Shown: positions 11,564-24,399 of the stretch, in pieces
Layout: every line of letters starts with the position of its first letter
Position numbering within the stretch: the first letter of the stretch is position 1
From: the human T2T-CHM13v2.0 reference genome, Homo sapiens
Length of the DNA: 64,000 bases
NCBI RefSeq assembly: GCF_009914755.1
Contig: NC_060926.1
Reading direction: 5' to 3' (one strand)
Notes under the pieces: generated by a model
The model's database searches: none
What the model was told of the DNA's origin: nothing
What the model saw: the letters and a program-made list of their open reading frames with translations, nothing else
Position numbers and translations under genes: made by a program

Positions 11564-14500
11564 TTAGGTAAAGTTTACCAAACCATGATATTGTTTAATA
11601 TTTCAAACTCTGATGATCAAATAGAGGTAGATTTCTATAAGAAACAAGTAAGAAAAGATACAACATTTCTATACATTTTATTGTTCTGTTTTGGCGATAT
11701 GAAGTAATTTGCTAGAATCACTTTGTAATTAGCAAAAGTTATGAATGTGAAAACTGACAAATGTAAGGAGAAGAAAAAAAAAATCCATTCCTTGTATATC
11801 TACATGCAGGATCCCAACTGCATTCAATGTGCCAGGGAAAAGGGAAAGTGGACAGATACTGGGTTTCTGCCAAAGAAGTAAATGGAATCTCCAAATTCCA
11901 TTATTTCCATGGCCAGTTTGACTTCCGTTCATAATATATTAGTTAATGCAAATAATGACTTAGCTAGCCCTGGTTGGAATGAGTGTGGCATTAATGATCA
12001 GACTTTGAATGTCAAAACTGTCAGCCTCTCCAGCTCCATCGCAGATGCTTGGCATTTTAAGTACAACTTCTGAAAGATCTTGGGTTGCTCAAATTCTTCA
12101 ATTTTAGGGACACCAATTCCCACCTCTCTCCTATTTCAGTATGTGGCTTGTTTCTCAATAATCCCTATAAAGAAAATACCCAGGGACACATTTTCCTGAC
12201 TTCCTCCTCTGGCTTTCCAGCTGGAATCCTGAATCTAATTGTAAGTCTATTAAAATGTATATAAATGACTGAAACCATAGCTTGCCTCTCCAGAGATCAG
12301 CCACTTTGCTCTGCTGTGGAACAGTGCCACAGCAGCAGGCTGTGTGGACTGAATGCTTAGACGAATCATTATTTATTTTTAGACCTGGTTTCTACATATT
12401 TCATGATTAAAAATATATACATATATCAGTGTACCAAGTCTTCCAATTTTATTTCAGATAAAAGTTCTTGGATTTCAAACTCATATATTTCCAGCCACAT
12501 GGGAGACTAGTCAAGCTACTTCCATTTGTAAAATGAGAGTCATGTAGTGACAGCTTTGTCAAAACAGATTAGGGCATTAATATAAAGGGGCATTTTAAAA
12601 TACAGTGATTCAGGCAGAAGTACTAATTTACAGAACCTTCCTGTTTCCCGGACAATAGAAATATAACTGTTCACATATTGCTTTGTCCAAGATGAATTGT
12701 TTCTCAATTTTTTTCTAGACTCTTCATTAATATCAATTTTCTTCTACTTGTTGAAAATAATATTTTCTTATCCAGTTTCAGAGCCTCTAGACAAAGACTT
12801 TTGAAGGTCTTAATGAAGAAAAACAATTATTTCCTTTTCAAAAGAAATGAAAGGCACAATTTTCCTTTTATAACTGTTACTGCTCAAAACAAGAGAAGAT
12901 TTGATAAGTTTCAGTTTACAGGTGCATGCCTAGAAAGAGAGTAACCACATTAGCTTAGAAGGACAAGGGCAGCCCTCTCAGCAGGGGTGACACGGGAAAC
13001 CTAGGTGACATCGTGAGTTGCCTCAAACCAAATGCTCAGCTGATGAACTGGCATGATTGACTTTGGCATACCAGATTATCATAGTCTCAATACAAAGAAT
13101 CATTTTGGTCTAAACCATCAGAGACACATTCTTATTTGTGGAATGTATTTCAAATTTTCAGCCTGCCATTTAATGCTTTCAGAGGTTATCTTTAACCAAC
13201 CTTTCCTATATTACTTTCCCAAATCTCGTTACAGACTCTACTACATTCAGGTTTTCTTCTGATTAGGCTGTATAGATCTCTACAACTACAGGTGGAGACA
13301 TGCTGATACACTCCCCTTCTGATTGCTAATTTCTAATCAGATTTCCAGATGCATTTCATACTTTCCTAAAAGTATGCAACATGCCATTTATAAGTATCTT
13401 GTGACATTAATCACTGGAACTTAGTTATTTATATAGGTACCTTACTTTACCAATAGATTACAAACTCATTAAAACCTCAGATTTACAATTTGATCTTCAT
13501 TATAAACTATATGCACAGACCCTTGCACATAGTAGATGCCAAATCACTATTTTCTTTATGCTAATGCCTCATCTTAAAGTGTCCTTTTATATCCTCATTC
13601 CATCTCTGCAATTTGAAATCAACCCATTCTTCAATACTATCTCCTCTGTGGATCCCTTTATTGACTGACTCTCCAAACCTGAAAGTAACCTGGAAATTTG
13701 ATCAAGGACATCGAAGGCAGTCATATCTCAGAATTACTATGTTTGGGATTAGGGATCCTTTAGGTCACTACAGTAGTTGAAGTGAAAGCAAGATTTCAAG
13801 GAAAATCAAATAGGAGACGAAAACAGAAAGTGTAGACTAATTCACAAAACGGAAAGAAGAAAGGCAACACAGCATGTTGAATTGGATTGATGAGTTAAGG
13901 AAAGATTTTATTAGATCATATTTACAGAAGGAGTAATGACGCATACTGAAGAGGCAGACTAGAAGAGAGATTGATCAATCAAAATATTCTTGAACGTTCA
14001 AATGAGCTTTGCATTTTAAATCCTTCCTGAAAGCTAACAATGTATGAATATTGAATAACTAATATGTAAGAGGTGGTTGTGCAGCTAGTCCTGTAAACAC
14101 AGTTGTGAATCATGCTGTATGAGATGCCCAGCATCGCAGTCCCAACTTACACTACAGCAACAGCAGGCTGAAAGGCTTGATTCAACTCCCATTGACCCAG
14201 ACACTTCCCTGGTTATTAGACAGCTTCTGGGCATCCATGAATAGCTGGTACAAATACTGACAGAGGGAACCAATCTCCAGATGGAGGTCTCCTTAGAGAA
14301 TCTCTCACTCCGGTTCAGGTGAGCCTTGGAGTCGTTTAGGAATTACAAAACATCACAGGAGAGTTCCACGTACAAGTCAGAACATTATACCGAACCAAAT
14401 GGCTCAAAAACAGAAGCTCAAAAATAGAAGGCAGCCCTTTTTCCATCTTTTGATCATCCAGAGATGAGATTGATTAGGTGACATAACAGAAGAATGAGAT

Positions 14501-14689
14501 GTTCCCAATGAGGTTACTTATCAAACTCTATAATGAAACAATGTTGAACCTGGGAACAGTCTACTGAGTAATAAGGCTGAAACATCAATAACTATAATTA
14601 AACATTTTAGTATCTATAATTTCTAAGGACGAGTATAGCCAAAGGGATAAAAAAATTGTTTCAAAAAGTAAGTTTCCCACCAGTGTTCA

Positions 14690-15057
14690 GTGAATCTGTA
14701 TGGAACATTGACTTCACTAAGTCCACTTTATTTTCCGCTTACTGAGAATGCTGGATTTCAAGGGAGGTTGTCCCACCCTCTTTTGAAAACACATTCTGCC
14801 ATGTGACTGGCCTCTGGCTAGGAGCACACTGGAAAGCGATAGCGGTGGCTGCTTAGAACATTTTCTGACTCTTCAGCTTCATTTCTTCTGCTGTGCTAAT
14901 CTTGGATTCCACATGATTCGATTGCGAGCTACACGATGAAGGAAGTGTGGCTGACCTAACAACACATGAGTGAGAAATAAGCTTTTATTGTGTTTATCCA
15001 CTGAAATCTCAAGTTTATTTGTCACTGCAACATTGCTGGCCCAGCCTAACTTATACA
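14690..15057 (+). mobile_element. MLT1-family (MLT1I/J/K-like) MaLR LTR
   Basis: ccatgtgactggcctctggc and 3' end atgagtgagaaataagcttttattgtgtttatccactgaaat..tttgtcactgcaacat..cctaacttataca. Confidence 0.65.
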
Positions 15058-15693
15058 ACATCTTTTTCTTCTATTGCTCAGTTATTGTTGCTGTCCTGGT
15101 AGCAATATCAGTATTTATATGGTATTATAATCAATATATAATCTTATACAACTTTATATTATACAACTTTATATATTGATTATTATATATATAATCTTAT
15201 ACAACTTTATATAAATCTTATACAACTTTATATATATATACAACTTTATATATACAACTATATATACAACTTTATATATATATCAACTTTATATATTGAT
15301 TATTATGTACAATAATCAATATATAAACTTATACAACATCTTTTTCATCTATTGCTCAGTTATTGTTGCTGTCCTGGTAGCAATATCGATATTGATATGG
15401 TATTATAATCAATATATAATCTTATACAACTTCATATTATACAACTTTATATATTGATTATTATATATATAATCTTATACAACTTTATATAAATCTTATA
15501 CAACTTTATATATATACAACTTTATATATACAACTATATATATACAACTTTATATATATATCAACTTTAAATATTGATTATTATATACAATAATCAATAT
15601 ATAAACTTATACAACATCTTTTTCTTCTATTGCTCAGTTATTGTTGCTGTCCTGGTAGCAATATCAATATTGATATGGTATTATAATCAATAT
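15048..15693. repeat. 278-bp tandem repeat (about 2.3 copies) with an internal (TATACAACTT)-like AT-rich minisatellite
   Basis: Head aacttatacaacatcttttt..attgctcagttattgttgctgtcctggtagcaatatc recurs at 15048, 15326 and 15604. Confidence 0.95.
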
Positions 15694-16094
15694 TATATAA
15701 TCAATATCTAATCAATGATTATAATCAGTGAGGACAGCAGCTTTAATGTTCCAGGTGACAGCCAGTATTATGCATGAGCATATAGCTTTGAGAAGGAGTT
15801 ACTAAGTGGGCTCTTTTGGATGTAATCATAACATTAATCACATTTTCTCTAAATATAATAGAGAAATGTGGTCCTGAAATAAGAAAAGGGAACAAGAGAA
15901 GCTGACCCTTGGTTAATACTGATAATAGATATTGACACTCTACAGAACATTTTCAGAAAGGTAGCATGGTCCATAAAAAAATATTCAAATATTCAAAATA
16001 TTCAAAGCTATTGACTTTCCAGCTTTGCACATGGCTTCCCATCTCCTCCAAGGAGCTCCTCATTGGGACTTTGACAACCTCAGGCAAGGTCAGT

Positions 16095-16750
16095 AAGAGA
16101 CAAAACAAGCATAACATCCATTCTCAAAAAGTTTGTAGTCTAATGGAGGACACAGACATTTAAGTAAATGTTTATAATAGAAGGGTGTCTTAGTCTTCTT
16201 TCAGGCTGGTATAACAAAATACCATAAACTGGGTGGCTTATCAATAATAGGCATTTATTTCTCACAGTTCTGGAAGCCAAGAAGTTCAAGGTCATGGCAC
16301 CAGTGAATTCGGTGTCTGGTCAGGGCCCCGCTCCTGGGTCGTAAAAGGCACCTTCTCACCGTGTCCTCATAGGGTAGAAGGGCCAGGACCGCCCTTTGGG
16401 GCCTCTTTTATATGGACACTACTTCCATTCAGGTGGACTTCATCCTCATGACCTCATCACTTCCCAAAGGTCCCACCTCCTAGTACCATAACTTTGGTGA
16501 TTGGGATTTTAACATAGGAATTTGGGGGAGAATACAAACACACAGCTCATAGCAAAGGCAAACTGGGCTCTAGCAGAGAGATGGATAAAACAGCATGAGA
16601 TCAGGTAGGAGAGAACAAGGAATGTTTCAGAGGAAGAAATACTTAGACTGAGGCTTCAAGGCTGTGGAAGATTTACCAGAGCTAAAACATGATCCAATAA
16701 TTGTTTTAGGCAGAAGCTCCAGCATCTTCAGAGGCTCATGGGAAGCCAAC
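16095..16750 (-). mobile_element. L2 3' fragment split by an MLT1A0 LTR
   Basis: ttctcaaaaagtttgtagtctaatggaggacacagac (left) and aggaatgtttcagaggaagaaatacttagactgaggcttcaagg (right). Confidence 0.55.
16186..16554 (-). mobile_element. MLT1A0 solo LTR (ERVL-MaLR)
   Basis: tgtcttagtc..ataacaaaataccataaactgggtggctta..ctcacagttctgg...aaacacacagctcatagca; full length, 5-bp TSD aaggg/aaggc. Confidence 0.88.
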
Positions 16751-17635
16751 TTGAAGCAGGAGACTTGAGCACTACATTCTAGGCTCTGTTTTTGTAGGTT
16801 TCCTGAGAGCCTGTGTCAAAGCAAAGCAGAAGCATACATCTCAATCTCTCTAACTCATGCCCTTACCTGTGATGGGAACCAATCGTACAACCATAGTCCT
16901 CCTCATCTCTGAAGAAATCTAAGGGCAGGCAGCCACCTTCCCTATCCTATCGCATCTTGGGCCAACTCCAGGGTATTTAAATTACTCAATCTAAAAACGA
17001 AACTCTATGAGCATTCATTATTCTAAAGAGCTGACGATATTTTTAAGACGCCTACTCAGCCACACATTTAGCAATACAGTAATGTAAAGAATAAAGCAAG
17101 CGGTTAGTGAAAACAGAGAAAAGGAGTAATATTTCAACATAAGTAAACTTTTGAAATGAATATCTTGGGGTTGAGAGGATCGTCCCAATTCAAGGGCTTT
17201 ACGTGAAGCCAGTGTCTGAAAGCGATCTGCCAGTAGTGCACCTAATGGTGTAAAAAGTAGTCTTGAAATACAGCTTCTCTAAAAAATTTAGAGGCATGCA
17301 ATAAACAGAACCCTGGGATTGAAACAAGAAGAACTTGATGTATTTATGATTGTAAAGCTTTAACCTCTTGGGGCCTATTCTCTTTCTTTATAAATTGAAA
17401 GAAATATTATCCCACATTTTATCACACAGAGTTTTAAAAATTAAATGAGATAAAGGAAAGGAAGGCCTGCAAAAGTTGAATATGTGTAAAATAGTGTTTG
17501 ATGGGTAGATAGGGGGCAAAAAGGTAAAACCACCATTAAAACAACAAATTGGTTCCCAAACCTGTCTTTTGTCTCTTCAGTGAAGTTATTTGAGTAAAAC
17601 AAACAAATTAAAACAAAACCAAAAATGAAAATCAA

Positions 17636-17656
17636 ACACACACACACACACACACA
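17636..17656. repeat. (CA)n microsatellite
   Basis: Read directly. Confidence 0.85.
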
Positions 17657-20219
17657 AACATTGAACTGGGAATTAAAAACCCTGGATTTTCAAGATAAGC
17701 TCTTTATAGTTGTGTACCCTAATTCGTTTAATGGGACTATCACCACTGCGTCTATCCACAGCATACAGTTGTTAAGGGAACCAAATGATACAATAGGCAG
17801 GAAAGTTTTACAAATATAATGTAATGTACTCAATGGCATTTTTGGAAAATGCTCCAGTGTGTATGAACGCGTGAATGAAAAACCAACCAACAACATTAGT
17901 GATTAATGTAGCAATCCATTTGCTGTAATGTATTCTCTTATCAGACCACAGGTGCCATTCTGTTTTTGGAGTAAGAACAAGTGATACTATCTTTCTTCTA
18001 TTGGCGATGCATTTTCTACGTTCCAATTCTGAATAAGCATTTTCAATTTTTCACCTTTTCTACTTTTCATCCTCCCCAATCTCTCTCCCACATAAAACAA
18101 TAATGACAAATAGGAATGTGTGGACCATTCCAGAGCAGCGTGTGGCCCAGAGTAGGCCTCCAGTGTCTTTGGAACAATTCGATGAAACTTAAATCTTGGG
18201 ACTCATTGGATGTAACTATTAGATGTCACTTTTTACTTTTGTTCCAAGTTTCTGATGTTATTGCTATCCCAGAATGAAAATATAAAGCCCTTATAATTGA
18301 AAATCATTTGCATTAAAGGTGTTCATTTGGAGTAGGGCATTTCAGTTCTATTTAAATTACAGATCATTCAACTATAAACAACTGCAGTTGTATCATTCAA
18401 GAGGAGATACCAATCAATTTTTAAGACCAGAAGCAGCTCTCTTTCATAACCTCTGCCCCCACCTTTTTTTCTCAAATTCTAAAGCATATCACACGGAGCA
18501 CTGGCAAACCGCTTCTCAGAAGAGCATGCATCTTGTTACTTACTTTGCAACAGTTTCTTTCCTCTGGCTCTTAAAAAATGTTTATATTTTTAAATCAGGC
18601 AAATATTTATATTAATCTGTAAAGCATTTACTTGTCATCTTTTCTGCAGCGAAATTAAAGCGTCTATATAGATCTTTTCATACCCTCAAAAGTCACTAGT
18701 CATTGAGTTATTAGCTGGAACATTTTGTTAAGCTGATATCTTAAACACCTTATTTATACTGTTTTTTAGCTGATTTGTAACAGAGCAGTGTGGTGTTTAA
18801 AGAAAGAATACACATAGAGGGCAGGGTTTTGCTTTGTTTTGTTTGGGGGGTCCAGGGTTTGGAGCGGGGGTGACCTCCCTTTTGCTCCTCCCGTGCCTGG
18901 CAGGAGGACAAGGAGGTGATGTTTTGAAGTGGCTGCACAGGCCAGGTGGACACACTCACAGAGGTGCCCTTCGCTTTGCCTGCTCTGAGACTGCCATCCA
19001 CCTCTCCCTCCCACACCGTCCACCTCACACCCGTGAGCAGAAAGCTCCAAGCACGAGTCCTGCTGCTCGCTGCAGACGCTTAGCCGCTCCCGCGCTAACT
19101 CAAGGCTTCCTTGGGTTTCTGGCTTCCTCTCTTCTTCGTGAAGATCCACTATTCATATTCACATTTGACACTCAGCGATTTTCTGTTCCTGCCTTTCCTA
19201 GACCTGGCAATTATTAGCTACATCCTGTCTTTAGGGAGCAGGCCTGTGACTGCTGACAGTGAATTAGAAAAGCGCATCCATCAGCCTCTGGGGCTCACTC
19301 GATTTTACAAAACTACCACTCGATCTTCACGAAGGCTCCTGTGAGGCAATGCATCAGGGACAGAAACAGCCCCTCAACCCCTTGCGACTTTTTTCCCTTG
19401 CATGACATGAGTCAGACCACTACCAGCAGTGAGTAACAGGCTACAGCTCGTTTACAACAGCAAACGTGATTGAGCATTACTCTGAAGCAGCTTCTGAAAC
19501 TCAGTTTCCCATGTACAAATTTTGGAATTCCCAAGTTCATCGGCTGTAACAAAGGTGCCAGTGTGAACCAGGAATGTCTTGACTCAAAGGGAAGCCACAG
19601 GCCGCCCACAAATGTTTTTTTTCCAGGGGATGCAGAGCTGAGGCTGGGTTTTAACGCCTGTGCAAGTAATGAAGCTCCTGTCAGAGCTGGCTTTGAGCAG
19701 AATGCTATCAAATTTCAGGGAGCGATAGATTTAACCTAACCAAGCATAAGTGGTTCCAAACCACTTCTCCTGTGGGCATTTGCACAAGTTGGGTACACCA
19801 CCTCGAGGTGATGCTAGTACTCAGATTGATGGCAGAGAAGGGCCAAGTTTCCATAAGAAAAGTTTGGTTACTTGAATCAGTTCCAGAGGTCAGCTATGCT
19901 GGAAACCACAGAACTGAAGAACTTGAGAAACCGTAGGGTTATTTGAGGTTTCATACACGAAAGATAAAGATCTTAATATTATTTAGGATTAGAACATAAA
20001 AAATAATGTTTTTATTTTTCCCAAGCCCATTAAAACAATCGTTGTGAACATTTAAGGCTTTGGGATTAACTTTTGACAGGCCACATCCTTTTCGCTGAGC
20101 TAAGTTTTAGTAAAGGTACTGAGCACTAGTAATTATATTTTAAAGATGATCAGTTCACAATCAAAACTTGTAATTAAAACTAACTTTTATAATAGTGTCT
20201 CCCATTGACAAACATTCTT

Positions 20220-21510
20220 AAGAGTAGTAAGTGCTGGTGAAGATGTGTTGAAAACGGTCCCCTCAGGTACTCCTGGTAGAAGCGAAAATTGTCACAAAAT
20301 TCCTTCTGATAGCATGTTGAAAATATGTTTTAAGAGGCTAAAAGGTATTTTATATCATGCTAATTCAAGGAATCAATCTTGAAGAAATAATGCAAAAGAG
20401 ACGGCTCATAGTTTCATGCACAAAGATGTTCATGTAGCAAATAACAAAAGTCTAACTTAATTTTTAGAAGTAGAAAATAGGCTAAATGTGTTATTGTACA
20501 TCCACATGACACAACTGCATGTAATCATTAAAAGTAGGATTCAAAATTGTTCACTCAATATACAAATGATCAATGAAAATATTACAGACTGATAGAGAAA
20601 AACATGGAAATTTAGTATGTGCTAAATGTAGTATTTTCTATCAGAAAGGAAAGAAAGATGATCTATATTGATAGAATCTGCTACATATATGAAAACAGTA
20701 AAGTATTCTCATAGTTTTTCAAGATGGATTGTACACACACATACGTTTAAATGTGTATATATACATACACACACACACATATACACCTGCTCATTAATTA
20801 GAAAACATATTTTAATAAACTTTATTGGGAGTGGTGGTGATAGCCTTTTAAAGCAAGCAGTAATACCTAACTTTCATAAAGCAATAGATCAGCAATTTGT
20901 GTACATAAAATTTAAAACTGTATAGCATATATATACATACAGATAAGTGTAGAGAATTGTCTCTGTATGTTAAGAGATATTATTAATAAAGTTAAAAATG
21001 ACATACTGGGAGACAATATACTTTAACACAGAGACAATGTTTTTGAGATAAATTAAAGACAAAAACACAATATAAGTAATAAAAACAGTTCCTACACACC
21101 AATAAGATATATATAAACAATCAAATAAAAAAAACCTGCAAGAAACACAGGCAAAGGCAATACATATGAGAAATACAAACAGCTTATAAACACACAAGAA
21201 AGAAAAAAGGACTCAATGACACTTATAGTAAATAGTCATTTTTTTAAGTTACAGATATTTTTTCTATTACATAGCATAAAGTAAAATGATTGCTGATATA
21301 CATTTATAGGTATATAACAGGTATTTTCATACATAGTCTGAGGAAGTCTAAACTGGCACATTTTTTTAAAAATATTGTGTTAATTCCTTTTAAATTAAAC
21401 TGAAATTTAAAAACCTCAATACTCTTTGACTGTAAATCTCCATTTGTAAAAACATATTCTCCTAAAGGTTTCTGAAAGCATGCAAAAAGATATTTGTTCA
21501 AGCATATTTA
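20220..21510 (+). mobile_element. Highly diverged L1ME-type fragments (ORF2 3' end/3' UTR)
   Basis: aagtgctggtgaagatgtgttgaaaacgg..ctggtagaagcgaaaattg, atgcacaaagatgttcatgtagca, A-rich sense strand; a further 3' piece lies near 23470-23590. Confidence 0.55.
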
Positions 21511-21520
21511 TTATAGTGTT

Positions 21521-21835
21521 ATTTATTTATTTCTTCATTTATTTTTAGAGACAGGGTTTTACTCTGTCACCCAGGCTGGAGTGCAGTGATACGTTCATAG
21601 TTTACTGTAACCTCAAACTCCTGGGCTCAAGCAATCCTCCCACTTCAGCCTCCTGAGCAGCTGGGATGACAGGTGTGCACAACCATGTCTGGCTCATACT
21701 TATTTTGAATTTTTTTTGTAGAGATAGAGTCTTGCTGTGTTGCATAGGCTGGTCTCCAACTCCTGGCCTCAAGCAGTCCTCCCACCTCAACCTCCTAAAG
21801 TGCTGGATTACAGGTGTGAGCTGCTGTGCCAAGCC
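21521..21835 (-). mobile_element. AluJ
   Basis: Antisense Alu with J features (ctcctgggctcaagcaatcctcccac, gtcttgctgtgttgc); degenerate TSD tatagtgttattt / tacggtgttattt. Confidence 0.9.
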
Positions 21836-21956
21836 CTACGGTGTTATTTCTAAGTAAATGCCAATAAACCAAAAGGCCTAAAAATAACAGATAGGTTAAA
21901 TAAACAATGATATATGTCAGAATAGCTTATTCTGTGCAGAAATTGAGAGAAGAATT

Positions 21957-22320
21957 TGTTATGGCAATGCTAGCTGCATAACAAATAAACCCTGTCACCG
22001 CAGAGGGTCAACACATGGATGTCTCTCTCCCATGACTGCCCGGGGTGTCCAGCTGTGCTGGGTGGAAGTCTTTGCTCAGGATGACCAAGGCTTCTCCCAT
22101 CTTGCGGGTCCTTCATCCTTGAGGGTCTCAGCGCCTTTGCATTCGGCAGTGGAAGTGGAAGAAGCATGAAAGCACATACCAGGCTGACTGTGCTAGGCCA
22201 GGAGGCCCGGCCTCACTTCCACTGTCATCCAGTGGCCAACACCAGCCAGGACGGCCGGAAACTCAGTCTCGTGTCCAGGTCTAATGAGCAGTGAGGTGTC
22301 TCTGCCACAGTCTGCAAACT
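21957..22320 (-). mobile_element. MLT1J-like MaLR LTR
   Basis: aatgctagctgcataacaaataaaccc..., cacttccactgtcatccagtggcca...; boundaries approximate. Confidence 0.5.
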
Positions 22321-23280
22321 CCCCTGTCCTCTGTACTCCGTGAGAATGGGAAGAAAAGTGCAGCCCTCTCCTCCAGTCTCCGGTAAGCATTGCCCTGCTT
22401 ATGTCCTGAGGGCTTCCTTGTCCCGGGGAACCGTTTCTTTGGGTTTCAGAAGGTTTCCGGAAACACACTGCTGGAGGTATTAGGTTGCATAAGCCTAGGA
22501 TTTTCACGGGAGCCCAAGGGAGCAGGTAGACGAATCCCTAACCGAGATTGAACTTTAAAGCAAGCCAGGTGGGTGGCAGACAAATCAAATTTATTGTAAA
22601 AACAATTCCAAGTAGAAAGAAACACTTCTGTTTCTGAAATTTTATGAAAGATGCCACTGAATTTAACAGTGCAATAGGGAACAGAGACTTAAGTTCATAT
22701 CAGCTTGGGGTAAAAATCTGAAAGAAATATGCCAGAAGGAAGCCAGGCAGCAACCAGCGTGTAGGCACTCCATTGCCTGACGAACCAAACAGGGGTGAGG
22801 GGAGAGAGAGACAAAATTCTCCCCCCTAAAAAAGTAGCATGTGGCATTCTCCAAATAAAAAATATCCCTGAAAACCCCCCAAATAAAATGTATCACCTTT
22901 GGTAGAAATGTTTGCTGGACTTTCTTTCTTGTTTTGGGATTTTCTTTCCTCCTAGTCATCTGAGCATGGCAGGAGATGCTGGGCACACATGAAATACTGT
23001 TTAATGTTTGGTTTCTATATGGCTTACAGAGCAGCAGATTAGGCTCAGAAGAAGTGATCAATGGTCTACAGCCAGAGACCTGCAGAGGCAGCAGGTGACC
23101 CTCAGTGTGGACTTAGAGCACATGAAGATGTCACAATGAGATTCTCAGAGACCTGGAAAATGGGGAGAGAATAGGCCACACACAGTCATGGAGGGGGCAC
23201 CTCACTCCATTGTCCTACAGGTGTTTACGTGAATGATGAACCTAAAATTGGATATATTTGAGACGCATAGGATCTATACT

Positions 23281-23441
23281 TACATTTATTTGATCCTGAT
23301 ATGCATGTCTTACCATTTTTACATTGAGATGCATCTTACAAAGCATCTTATATTAGATAAGTTGGTGCCTGTGTCTTTTCCTTTTATTTTTTCCAAAAAA
23401 AGTGTCATTATAATGATAATGCATCTTATAATCTATGAAAT
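23281..23441. mobile_element. MER104-like (TcMar-Tc2) DNA transposon relic
   Basis: gagatgcatcttaca..gcatctta..taatgataatgcatcttataatctatgaaat resembles recalled MER104. Confidence 0.4.
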
Positions 23442-23915
23442 CTTAGCTGAGAAAACTTGATGTGAAATATATTCAGAGAAAAAGACTGGAAAATAATGCA
23501 CACCAATATTAATCCTGGTTATCTGCGGGTAAGGGGATTATGAGCAATTTTATGTTTTTCTTTTCCTGTTTAAATTTCATAAAATTTCAATAAGGCTAGG
23601 AAAAACTAATAAATGTTATTCAAAGTCTGGGGAGTATTCAAAACAAAGGATCTGGCTATTGAACCAGATTACAGATTACAAATTGCTGACAGTCACTGAA
23701 TGTATCTATGTCATGGCCTAGGCTCTGGCTAGACATTCCCCGGCGGGTGGGGGGAACGACAAAAAGAGTCACACTAATTGTGCCACTGAGGAGCACACCT
23801 CTAAGGTCCTGCTCACCCTAGTAGCATCTCAGGCTCTAAGGCAAAGCGCCAAAAGCCATGAAAAGCAGTGTGCTACAGAAACAATGACTGGTGTGGGAAT
23901 ATTTTTTTTAAATAT

Positions 23916-24204
23916 CCAGGTACCGTGGCTCACGCCTGTAATCCCAGCACTTCGGGAGGCCGAGGCGGGTGGATCACTTGAGGCCAGGAGTTCGAGACAA
24001 GTCTGGCCAACATGGCGAAACCCCATCTCTACAGAAAAATTCAAAAATTATCTGGGCATGGTGGTGCGCACCTGTAATCCCAACTACTCTGGAGGCTGAG
24101 GCAGAGAATAGCTTAAGCCCAGGAGGCAGAGGCTGCAGTGAGCTGAGATCGCGCCACTGCACTCCAGCCTGGGTGACAGAGCGAGACTCTGTCTCAACAA
24201 AAAA
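23916..24204 (+). mobile_element. Alu (AluSz/Jb-like)
   Basis: Full dimer, ggatcacttgaggccaggagttcgagac; short A tail. Confidence 0.92.
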
Positions 24205-24214
24205 GGTGGGGGGC

Positions 24215-24399
24215 GGTGCTTGCAGGAGTAAATTCCCTTTCTTCTCTTCTGCCATGTGAGGACACAGCAGGATGGCTTTCCCCAGATACCAACACCTTGA
24301 CCTTAGACTTCCCAGCCTCCTGAGCTTTAAGAAAATACACTCTATTCTTTATAATTTATCCAGTCTTATTCTGTTACAGAAGCACAAAATGTTTAAGAC
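24215..24399 (+). mobile_element. MST/MLT1A-type LTR, 3' half
   Basis: ctgccatgtgaggacacagc..caccttgaccttagacttcccagcctcc..ctgttacagaagcacaaaatgtttaagac. Confidence 0.7.

Noticed and set aside
15048-15693. CRISPR-like repeat/spacer appearance
   Set aside because: The intervening segments are near-identical low-complexity copies, units are 278 bp, there are no cas genes and the context is primate DNA
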